64,000 bases of DNA, from assembly GCA_050273025.1 (NCBI GenBank), contig CP158635.1:19158001-19222000 (forward strand), read 5' to 3'. This document shows positions 25,801 to 36,875 of the stretch, piece after piece. Within the stretch, counting starts at the first letter, position 1. Every line of letters begins with the position of its first letter. The notes beneath the pieces were generated by a model, which was given only the letters and a program-made list of their open reading frames with translations, made no database searches and was not told the origin of the DNA. The DNA comes from Cenococcum geophilum. Taxonomy: Eukaryota. A program made the position numbers and the translations under genes.

Positions 25801-28440
25801 GCAATGGCAAACAGCCTCTGATCTGAAGGAGTTTGTAGCTCTTGATCAATTGACATAAGAGCGCTTGTGTCGTTGAAGCCAAGATTGTTCAAGTCAACGG
25901 CACGGATTGCCTTCTGTATGGCCTCCTCAAATGTTCTACCAATGCTCATAACCTCACCAACACTCTTCATTGATGAGCCAAGAAGGGTAGATACTCGAGT
26001 AAACTTTTTAAGATCCCAGCGCGGTATTTTGACAACGACATAGTCAAGAGATGGTTCGAAGCAAGCACACGTGACCTTGGTAACAGAGTTGGAAATCTCG
26101 TTCAAAGGGATCCCCAAGCCTAACTTGGCAGCAATAAAAGCTAGTGGGTAGCCAGTAGCTTTCGAAGCGAGGGCTGAAGAACGCGATAGACGGGCGTTGA
26201 CCTCGATGATACAATATTCCCTGGAAAAGGGATTTAGAGCATACTGAATATTGCATTCTCCGACAACGCCGAGATGTCGTATGACATTGACAGCTGTGGT
26301 TCGGAGCATGTTGTAGTCCTCATCGGAGAGAGTTTGAGAAGGGGCGACAACAATGGAGTCGCCAGTATGAATGCCCAAGGGATCAAAGTTCTCCATATTA
26401 CAAACTGTTATGCAGTTGTCGCGAGCGTCGCGAACGACCTCATATTCAATCTCTTTCCAGCCTTTCATGCTCCTTTCGATCAACACTTGTGGGCTGGCTG
26501 CAAACGCTTTATTGCACAGGTCAAGGAGTTGTGATTCGTCTTCCGCGAAACCACTTCCCAGCCCACCGAGAGCGTAAGCTGCGCGAACGATGACTGGAAA
26601 GCCAATGTCTTTCACGACTCGCATTGCCTCATCGACAGAGCTAGCGGAGGCGGACTTTGCACACTTTTCGCCAATTGATTCCATGCTTCGAGCGAAGAGC
26701 TCTCGATCTTCAGTCGTGATGATCGTCTCAATTGGTGTTCCGAGGACTTTCACCCCAAGTTCATCAAACTCGTCCTTCAGCTGAATACCAACCTGAAGGG
26801 CTGTTTGTCCTCCGAAGGTTACATAGATGCCGTCTGGTCGTTCTTTCTGAATGACTTTTCGGACAAACTCCGCGGTTACCGGAAGGAAGTAAACCTTGTC
26901 CGCCAGGCCCTTTGATGTTTGGATAGTTGCGATATTAGGATTAATTAGTATGGTGTAAATCCCTTCCTCTTTCAAGGCCTTGATTGCCTGACTTCCAGAA
27001 TAATCAAATTCACCAGCTTGTCCAATACTCAAGCCTCCACTTCCAAGGACAAGAACTTTCTCAACTTTAACTTTTGGATGTAGTTTCTTATTCTCATTTA
27101 CGTCTCCGCCGGGGAAGGAAACAGGCCGTGAAAGAGCCTCAGAAGATTGCATAGTCTTCTTGATGGTGTTAATGAAGACGTCAAAAAGATACTCTGTATC
27201 CCTTGGTCCGGGTGTGTGTTCAGGGTGGAACTGAACACTGAAGTAAGGTCTGCTAGTGTGACGAATGCCCTCATTGCTCCCGTCATTGGCATTGACAAAG
27301 AGCTCTTCCCAGTCCTTGGGCAGGGTTTTAGCATCAACAGCATACCCATGGTTCTGGGAAGTTATGTGACATCTCCCGGAGAGTAAACTGGTACATGGAA
27401 TGTTGTGCCCTCGGTTACCGAACTTCATTTTCAAAGTTTCTGCTCCAGCAGCTCGAGCCAGTAGCTGATGACCAAAGCAAATGCCGAATATGGGAGTAGC
27501 CGCTTCTTCCATGGCAGCAGCGATATGCTTCACTGTGGCGCCCATCATCGCAGGGTCACCTGGGCCATTTGAGATAAAGAGGCCGTCATACTCCTTGCCA
27601 GCGAGCTTTCGGAAGTCATAGTCCCAGGGAACTACTTCTACCTCCACTCCTCTCCTGACCAAGCACCTTAGCTGATTATATTTCAAGCCAACATCAACAC
27701 AGACTACTCGGACAGGACGCCCTGAGGGATGATGAAGCGCCGTAGACTTTTCGGGGGAGTATATTTTGGGAGCTTTGATTGACACTATTTGAGGTGTTAG
27801 AATAAGTAGTTAAAGAAAAGTTTCGCAATACGAATTGACCTTCTGCCACTAGGTTTTCCACATTTGGGTCAACCCAAGGAGTCTCTTCATATTCCTCCCT
27901 CCAGTCTTCTGCTACGGTGCCATTCGTTAACGATTTCGTGTCGACCTCTCCGTTTGTAAGTCGAGTTGCTGGCGACTTTCTCAGTAACAATCGCCCAAGC
28001 ATGCTACCTTCTTCTCGAATTCGCTTGGTCAAGGCCCTGGTGTCGACACCGGTAATGGCGGGGACACCTTGTTCTTTCAGCCATTTTCCTAGCGAGGAAG
28101 CAGCCAAGTGGTGAGAGTAGTCTTCTCCAGAATATGAAGCGACCACGAGACCAGCGATATGGATTTCTTCTGCTTCAAAGTAGGCCGGAAGGTCAGTGAG
28201 GAGTTTATCTCTCTCTCCTCTAGATGGAACGCCATAGTTGCCCACCAAAGGGAATGTAATGACGAGAATCTGTCCCCGGTATGAAGGGTCGGTTATAGAT
28301 TCGGGGTAGCCTACCATGCCTGTCTGGAAGACGAGTTCACCAGCAATGCTCTTGTGAGCACCAAAACTTTGGCCATGGCAAACATAGCCGTCTTGCAACT
28401 CAAGAGCCATTGAGAGGCTCTCGTGGTTGGTATTAGCCAT
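22802..28440 (-). CDS. URA2: Multifunctional pyrimidine enzyme GATase-CPSase-ATCase (URA2/pyrABCN-type), about 1,842 aa, lacking the pseudo-DHO domain; introns 27785-27839 and 22859-22913
   Basis: [15 protein letters not shown]; GATase GICFGHQ and [29 protein letters not shown] and [13 protein letters not shown] domain; ATCase STRT, HPTQ, TRVQKER and HPLPR. Exons 601+4871+57 nt give 1,843 codons. Confidence 0.95.
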
Positions 28441-29458
28441 GGTTTGTGAAGTGAAGAACAGGTGCTGGAGGGGCTTCTAGAGCCTTCAGCTCAAAGGAAA
28501 AAGGAGCGTGTCGAGCGAGTGTTATTTCCCACGGTGGAGCTGAAAATGCAGTTTCTCACCAGCAGAAAAATCTCCAAACTACTAGCGTTGATTCGCTAGG
28601 GCGGGGCCTGGTGGGAGGGCAAGACGCAGGTGGGATGCACAAGCGAGGCCACGGCCCAGCTGTGGTTCCCGGCCCCAGTCTTCAAGGAAGGGCTTCGGCG
28701 GCTCAGGGAAAATACTGAGCGATTAGATTTGGCCTAGTGCAGATCAGCTGAGGATTACGGGCAAAAGCTGTGTTACCCTTCAGCATAGTAATTGCAGCAA
28801 GATCCCTAGGAAGATAGATACGGCAGGTCACCCACATTAATTAGGTAGTAATGAAGAGTTGAGGCAACCATCGACTTTCATGGCGGTGCGAATCCTACGA
28901 AATAAATGTATTATGGTAAGTTTACACAATAGGGGCTGATCGGACCGTCACTTTCGGAATACGAGGTCAAGAAAGCCGTCGCGCTAGAAGTTAAATAGCG
29001 ATTGTTTCAATACCAGACATCCAATGCTTGACGGAGAAAGCATAGTACGTATTGTCCTGTAGGTGGTTGGTATAGCTAATGAATGCGGGCAGTTAGCGAC
29101 ACCAGATGCTTGCGACCGTCCGAGTGTGAGATTCGACGGTTGCCGCAACGGCGGTCTGCAAAGCAAGGCGCCCCTAGGCTACAAGTGGCAATCTGTATCA
29201 AAACCGTCAAACCGTTCTTGCATGAAAATTCTCCAATTGTCCACCTGTCATGCACGCCGCGATTGTGGCTGACCAGACGGGATGTCGAGATCTGCATGAG
29301 CGATGCAGTCGTGCTCGGGCCGCCTGTTGTTATTGGCCTGCGAACCGAAATCGTGGGGAAGGATGGGAAGATAAGAAGGCCGAAGGAGCTCATGATCATT
29401 CTCGTTCAGCAGTCTGGGGAAGCGGTGTGGTGTATTACCTGACTGAATAGCTATCTCG

Positions 29459-29567
29459 GTATGTCTTGAGTATGTTCTTATCAAATCTCACCGTCGCCCG
29501 TCTTCTCTCAGCGGCCAATTTCCTGCCTCGCACACTGCCTCTGCTAACAAATTTCGATGGGCTGTAG
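29459..29567 (+). other. Probable 5'-UTR intron of the TRP-channel gene
   Basis: GTATGT donor, GCTAAC branch point, and TGTAG acceptor 38 nt upstream of the ATG at 29605. Confidence 0.6.
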
Positions 29568-29604
29568 GGAGCTTTCAGCCGGAGGTAGACAGACAGCGGA
29601 GGAC

Positions 29605-32600
29605 ATGTTTACGTCACTCCTACGTCGTCAGAGAGGCCGAAGAGGGTCTGAACGTTCGCCCTTCTTCTCAGCTTTTAATCGCGCCCGGACAGGTGCAGAT
29701 GAAAATTACAGCGCGTCCGACTCTGGCGATGGCGACGACTTCGCCGACGACGCAGAGCACTCTGCTGGCGAGGAGGACGAGGATAACGATGCTGAAGACG
29801 ATGATGGGAACCGAGAAGGTCCCTTGCTTCCAGTCTTCTCAGAGTTCCTTGGTATCTCATTGTTTTCCCATTATTCCCAGTTGTTTACGCTGACGATGAT
29901 CACTGTCAGATCGACTTCCCATCTACAGCACCACCCATTCAATACGAATCCTTGTCATTCAGAGATGTGAAACCACCCTGTCGTGGGATCAGCTTCGATC
30001 CCCACAAGTCTCACAATTCCTCGTCAAGCCTATTCAGCAGCAGATACGGTCCTCGCTCTTCTCTCGCGCTACACTCTACGCATTAATAGCAAACTGTTTA
30101 CAGTTCCAGAAGGAGGGCCAGACAAATCCTGGGAATGTGGGAGTTAGCCGGTCAAGGGCTATGATATGCGAGCTATTAGCTATGCGGCTGCTTAAAGAGT
30201 TTTCCACCAGAGAGCTGATTGATGCGCTATCGTACGATTTCGATCCTCTACAGGGCCTGACGCCGCCCACTACGGGGACAATTACGCCTGGAGCAGGCGC
30301 TCCCAAATTCGGTTCCCGTGCCGCTCGTATATCCACAGTAGAGATTGCCATTCGTGCTCAAGCAAAGAAATTTCTCGCGCACCCGCTCGTTGTTCAACAG
30401 CTGGAGGCCATTTGGGCTGGCACAATAGTATTCCACTCTGCTGCTGATAACTTACATAGAAAACCCGCTCTAAAGCAATTTACCCAAACACGAGGCTATG
30501 GCACCTTTTCTGCGGAAGTCTCCCCAGGACTGGGACCTTCCCAAAGACCGCAATCAGGAAAGAAAGAGACAACTCAAAACTATGTCGAGCATACAATGAG
30601 ACGTTCCGTCACGTTGTATGATCCTCACGACGCGTCACTGTTCAAGTTATCCCGCCTTCGTGTTCCGCGCTATAGGCAACTATTCTCTACTTGTACGTTT
30701 GCAATTATGCTTGGGCTTTTCCTGGCCGTGCTTCTCCAGAAATCTTTGGATATCACGGCATTGGAAGTTGTCTTTTGGTTTTGGAGCGCTGGATTCATGC
30801 TTGTAAGCTCAAAGACCTTAGGATCGAAGTCTATTCTTCTGAACTTCTAACTTATAAATAACCAGGACGAGATTGTTGGCTTCACTGAGCAGGGTTTTGG
30901 CCTGTATATCATGAGTGTCTGGAATGCCTTTGATTTGGGTATCCTGCTACTGTTCGTGACGTACTATGTGCTCCGCCTCTACGGTATTCTCATGCCGGAC
31001 GTCGAAAAGCATAAAATCGCTAGCATGGCTTACGACGTTCTGGCCTCCACTGCGGTCCTACTATTTCCACGACTCTTTTCAGTACTCGATCATTACCGCT
31101 ACTTCTCACAGCTACTCATAGCATTTAGGATGATGGCAATGGACCTAGTCGCCATCCTTGTCTTGATTATCATAGCCTGCAGTGGCTTTTTTGTAGCATT
31201 CACACTGTCCTTTAGCGTACACTTGAATGCTGCGGGCGCTGCTTACGCTCTCTTTCAGATGCTCATGGGGTAATTTTGCACTTTGGTTTTACAAGGCTTG
31301 TGCTAATTAAATTTAGATTCACTCCGGCTGCATGGGAGGTGTGGGACGATTACAATATGTTAGGCAAAGCAATCCTGACTTTGTTTTTGTTCATCTGTCA
31401 TTTCCTCATTGTGACAATTCTGATTACTGTGAGTTAAAGCTTTCCCTTCGTCAGTGATTTTACGTCCGTGTCTTTCAGTTCGTCACCCTACCCTAGCTAT
31501 TTGGCTTGCATGGGGATCCGTTTTCATAGATGCCACTTAGTCGAAGTAGGATATCCCCTTCCAGCACTAACGCCTAGCAGGTTCTTACAAATTCGTTCAT
31601 GGCCATCGTTCAGAACGCCAATGAAGAGCATCAATTCCTATTCGCGGTCAACACTATCTCGATGGTCAAGTCTGATGCACTGTTCTCATACATTGCGCCA
31701 ACGAACATCATTGGGTGGCTGCTCATCCCGCTGAGATTCTTCATGCCTTTCTGTCGCTTTGTTAAGCTGAATCGGACGATTATCAAGATCACGCATATGC
31801 CAATCCTATTTTCGATATTTTTCTATGAGCGCGTCGTGCTGTCGAACTTCGCGTATGGTCCTACAGATTTGGTAGAACAGCGCGGCCGGACTCCAGCAAA
31901 GATACCTGCATTTAGTATTCGGGGTCCTGGAGATCTTTTCAGCCCCGGCACCCGTCTCCGCGAGCCGTCCATCACCACCTTCCGGAAGGATCGCGCATTA
32001 GAAGAGGTGTTTAGGAGACCTTTCAAGGATCCTAATAGCAGCCAGGTGAACGTAGAGACAGGAAGTGGTAAAAGGAAATCGAGTAACATTGTTCGCGACT
32101 GGATGCAGGGTATGGGACACGACGGAGGCGCTTCTCCACCATTGGAACAACCTCGATCTGTATTGGACCAACTAGAGTCCCGCCGACCGAAAATGAGAAG
32201 CGCTGTCACCTCCCAGAGGTTTTTCAACAAACGCAGGCAGATTTCTGGAACAAGATCGGTTGCTTCAGACCCTGAAGAACTAATCTCCTTTACGCACACA
32301 AAACCTCAGCCGATCCAGGAAGAAGAAGACTTCCCCGACATGAGCATGGACGACCTACCCCAACAGACCGACGCTGATGGCGATGACGAGCTCGTCACAA
32401 ACGACGAAGACGACCGGGGAACGCTAGACCGCGCTGTAGCAGAAACGGACCACGACTCGCACAAGGAGAACCTCCCCCGCCCATCCTACCACTCTTCATC
32501 CTCCTCCGACGAAGAAAAATACCTCCGCACGCCTCTAACCGCAAAACCGCACACCCCAACAATCCCCGGCTCGCTCTCCTCAACAGCACTCGCCCGCCAA

Positions 32601-33347
32601 CCCCAGTCCTCCTCCCCTCTCCACCCGCCCCGCCCAAGCCATCCCAAACGCGTCCACAACCGCAACCTCTCCACCAACACCGTGGTCTTCAGCCCCACCC
32701 AACCTAGTGCGCACCCCTCGCGCGCGCCCTCGCCCACCAAGCGCTCGCCCCCAACCCACAGCGGCACCACACCCTACAACGGCACCGCCACGCCCACCGG
32801 CCGCCGCACGCCGAAGCGCGCGCGCCCCATCCTGCCCCCGCGCGCCCTGCACCCCATGCACCCGAATCTCTCCGCCATCCTCGCGCTCGCCGGGCCCTCG
32901 GCCTCGGCTGCAGGCTTCACCGCCCTCCCAACAGCCATCCCTCAGCGCCGCTCCCGCTCCCGCACCCGCTCCTTCAACGCCCGCGCCCTCGACCTTGCCT
33001 CCGACCTCGGCGACAACCGCCACGGGCCCGACGCGCTGGCTTTTCCGGCCAGCTTCAGCACGCAGCTCGAACTCGCGGCTGCTACGGCGGCGCGCCGGGC
33101 TGCGGCGGATGAGGATGCGGGGATGGTGAGCCGGATTATGTTGGCGCGGATGACGACGCTGGAGGAGGGATTTCGCGATGTGTTGAGGGAGGTTAAGGGA
33201 CTCAGGCGGGAGGATGGGGGGGAGAGTAAGGAGGAAAGTAAGGGGGGGAGTTTTGTTGAGGAGGGAGTTGTTAGAATGAGGGGGAAGGGGAGGAAGAAGG
33301 GGGAGAGGCATGGAGGGGAGGGGGAGAGGGTTGGGTCGAGTGTTTAG
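29605..33347 (+). CDS. Yvc1/TRPY-like cation channel with long disordered C-terminus; introns 29852-29909, ~30803-30864, ~31270-31317 and ~31429-31580
   Basis: Spliced DRLPIYSTTHSIR…LSWDQLRSPQVSQFLVKP, AKKFLAHPLV…IWAG, LSRLRVPRY, multiple transmembrane helices, ILITVLTNSF…NANEEHQF and APTNI. Confidence 0.85.
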
Positions 33348-34220
33348 GGGGAGAGGTATGAGGAGGGAGGTATATAGTAGAGGGTAGAGGGTAGAGAGTA
33401 GTGGGTAGTGGGTAGGGGGATGTACTATCAGGCTAGGTCATTCTTAGGGTCTTGGGAGGCTGTCTGCACTATTTTTCCGGGAGGCTGTCTGGAATATTGT
33501 CCTGGGAGGTTGTCTGCATTTCTATCGACAGCATCGCATTGCATTTTTTTGGTTGCATTTCGCATCAAATCGGATACCTCTTCATTTCTCGGCGCGATCG
33601 GCTTTCTCCGTTGTCGTATTTGAGTAATAATTGGTAGTTCTTCCTCTGGCACTTTTCTATTGGGCTTCAGTCTTCCCGTTATTTTCGAGTTGGGATTCAT
33701 CGAGCCTCACCTCGACCCCCTTTTCCAACCCCTCACTTCGCCCAGCCACGTACCGCGCCCTATCAACTTGTCAATGCAACAATGCCACGGTGGAAGCAGA
33801 AGAGGTTTGGAAGCAGTAGGCGAGAAAGAAGGAATAATACAATTTCCGAATGAAACTTGCACTGCCCCAGCCCGTCCCGATGACACGACGAGACCGGCGC
33901 ATGCCCAGAACTACACCATGCCATGCTGTAAAAATGCATGCAGGAAAACCAACTGCACAGCTGCAAAAGACAATCGTAACGTCGTGAACCGTTCCATCCG
34001 TATCCATGCCCATCAATGATCCCAGTCAGTGCGTGTCCGTGCCCATTTTCATATACTCTCCTATCCAATACAGTTACAAAAGCCCTTCCCCTCCTGTCAA
34101 ATCCCTTCCTCTCAATTCCATTCTCCTATGCATTCCCCCGTCCATCCCCTCCCCATCCCTTCCCCATCCCCTTTTCCATCCGCCCATCCACCACCTCACC
34201 ACGTCCCCATCAACCCTCAC

Positions 34221-35835
34221 TCACACCCGCCCCCTCGCCCTCACCGCCTGCAAAAACGCCCCATAACTCCACGTCAAATCCCTCGCACCCCGCTCAAACC
34301 CGGTCACGCGATCAAACTGCTCGCTCAACGCCCCCTCACCATCCGCATGCCTCCTCACGACCGCCAAAAACTCCTCCCCAAGCCCCCGCAACCTCTCCAC
34401 CACCTCCCCAAACACCTCATCCCTAGGCGTGAGCACAGTCCCCGGTTCCAAGCGGCGGCTAGCCGGCAGCAGAGCCTCCCAGAACGGCATGCCGCGCGGC
34501 GAGAGCGCGAGGGAGGCAGCGGAGCGGATGTGCGCGGCGGCGCGAAACGCGACCTCGGCGGCGGAGGATGTGCACAGGAACCAGGGGTTGCCGCCGGCGG
34601 GCGCGGTGCCGTAGCCGTCGTAGACGTCCTCGGGGTAGCGGCCGATTCCGACGCCGGCTAGTTCGTCGCTGTCTGCTGGCGAGGGCGGTGGAGGAGGGGG
34701 CGCCGAGTTGATGGGGAAGCGGGCGCGTTGGTCGCGGGTCAGGGCGAGGAGGGAGACGAGGACTTCGTCCGAGTGAGGCGGGTAGAGAGGGGTGAGGGAG
34801 GCGGGGGTGGTGTTGAGGGATGGGGTGCCGTGGAGGGAGCCGAGGAGCAAGCCACAGTCGAGGCCGGAGCGTGCGCTGGAGAGGGTGGCGACGAGGTGGC
34901 CTTTTTGTGAGTCCCAGAAAGAGGGGAGGAAGCGTTCTAGGGCCGAGGCCTGCTCCGCGTACCAGGCTGAGGCGCCGTGGTCGTTGAAGGCGCGGGCGAG
35001 TTCGGCGCCTTCGCGGAGGGCGCGCAGTTGCACCATTGCGGTGAAGAAGTGCAGTCCTTCGACTTCCTCCCAGAGGTCGAAACCGCTGCTGTTCCAGTAG
35101 TGGGACACGTATTCGAGGTCTGCTTTGATGATGCTGTCGGCAGGCATTTCGGGGCTGTAGAAAGGCTTGAACCAGTTCTCCCCGCTATCGCTTGTCCAGA
35201 GTGAGGGGTTTGAGGCATTGTAGGCCTGGAGATAGGCCATTAGCGTTATTGCTCGGAGCGCTGGGCCATCTCGCTGAGGTCGTCCCCATGATGCAGTAAA
35301 GGGTGATCCATCAGCTTCAAACTTAGGTTCTCCAAGCCCCGAGAGGTCCGCAAAAGTACCTGACGGGTTGTTGGTATGTTGTAGTTTAAGTTGTAGGGAT
35401 GAGTAGGCGTCGAGGATGGTCACGAGGTTCGAGGAGAGATAGTCAAAGGGATCGTCGGCATAGAGGTCGACTAGTGTGGAGGTGGTGATGGCAGCGTCTC
35501 GAACCCCTTTAGGAATGAGAAGTTAGTCTAGGTAAGTCAGAGGAGAGTTGATTCGTACATTGGTAATAGTAATTCGGATGCTTCCTGGACGGGCTCGCAA
35601 TGACGGAACCGGGAGCCGCGTCTCGCACGTTACGGCCTCCAGGTGCCACGTTTGCAAGAAGATTGTCTATAGCGATCTCTTCTTCTTTTTCTAACCAGTT
35701 ATCTAAGGAGCTCTGTGGGTTCAGCTGGAGTGGGCGCTGTCCGATAGCTGGAATATGCGGAAGCGGTGGAATAGCAGAAGCAAAGGCGCATAGTGAGACA
35801 TAGGTAGCAAGCACCACAGGCACGAGGAGTGCCAT
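34221..35835 (-). CDS. GH15 glucoamylase (about 520 aa) with signal peptide and no starch-binding domain; intron 35507-35558
   Basis: ASPS…PNYYYQWVRDAA (across the intron), GLGEPKF, WGRPQRDGPA, DLWEE (catalytic acid), GIGRYPEDVY, LSEQFD (catalytic base), DLTWSY. The protein ends right after the catalytic domain. Confidence 0.93.
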
Positions 35836-36522
35836 GACGAAGAGAAGTCAAATAAGTGAAGTCTAAAGGGGATCTAATGGTTCGCAGAGAGGGCTAGAAG
35901 CAGAAGTAGAAGAGAATGGAGAGTAGTAAGAGCAGTCTATTGTGAGTATGTACAAGGAAGCGAAGCTGAGTGGACCGGAGTGAGGGAAATGGGGCCGTTC
36001 ATGTTGTAAGGACAACTCGGGCAGCCCAGGCAGCTCGGGGGTGGCATCTCAGAGGCACATCAAGAGGCACACCAACAGGCACATGGCCTGCTTGTTTTGT
36101 CCATCCTTGGTGCTGATGATGATGGCGTTGGTTGCTTGGTTGCCATTGCGGTGCACGCGAGCTGATGAGCGGTATAGCCCATAGCACAGGCGTCAGCGTG
36201 ACCCACTACAGCAGCAAAAGCAGTAGTACGAGGTGGTATTTGGTGGAATGGCTCGCGGGTGAAAAGGTGACGTGTGCGGATGACAAGAAAAACGAACACA
36301 ACAGGAACCACCTGAACTCACCTGAACGAATGACCTGCGCCAAGACCCATATGACATGTGTCGACTGCGAGTCGTGTGACCCCCTGCCCCTCCAGTGCCC
36401 CTCTACCGCCCCTCTGCCGCCACAGGGACCTCGGGTGAAATGCCATGGCCGGGCTATTTTCTGCAGGAACATTCAAATCTGGTCCGGCGCGACGGACTGT
36501 GGAATTCTTCTTCTTACCTGTC

Positions 36523-36545
36523 CACGTGATTATACTAATCACGTG
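36523..36545. promoter_or_regulatory. Perfect inverted repeat containing two CACGTG E-boxes
   Basis: CACGTGATTA-TAC-TAATCACGTG. Confidence 0.5.
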
Positions 36546-36779
36546 TCGCTCATATAGGATCAGTATTCCTCTATTCCTACACTAAATCCGTGTCCTTGCG
36601 TATCCCAAATCCCGGCCCTTTTATATCAATGTAAACTAACCAAGTTTCGTCGGCTTTCCATTACCTTCCATTTGCCACACCCAGCTAAGATATAAGAAAG
36701 GGCCCGCTGTAGGAGGTGGGTCGGGAGGGGTTGATAGAAATGCAGGTTACATAAATGGATTGTTACTTACCTCAGCGAG

Positions 36780-36850
36780 CTCAGACGTGATTTTTTAGCT
36801 AGCGTCGGAACAACCTACGCCGTCTTCTGAATTGCAAAATCACGTCTGAG
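36780..36850. repeat. 15-bp perfect inverted repeat with 41-nt spacer
   Basis: CTCAGACGTGATTTT (36780-36794) and AAAATCACGTCTGAG (36836-36850). Confidence 0.85.
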
Positions 36851-36875
36851 AGCCTTTGGCGAGATTTGTTAAAAC

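Noticed and set aside
22983..28114. Many short antisense or alternative-frame ORFs over URA2
   Set aside because: Shadow ORFs of a long conserved CDS with no recognisable motifs.
28441..28700. Arginine-attenuator uORF upstream of the CPS gene
   Set aside because: No such peptide seen. It belongs to the arginine-specific CPA1/arg-2 gene, not this ATCase fusion.
31823..35218. Overlapping Pro/Gly/Arg-rich ORFs around the TRP-channel and glucoamylase 3' ends
   Set aside because: Explained by high GC and skew reducing stop frequency. No homology signal recognised.
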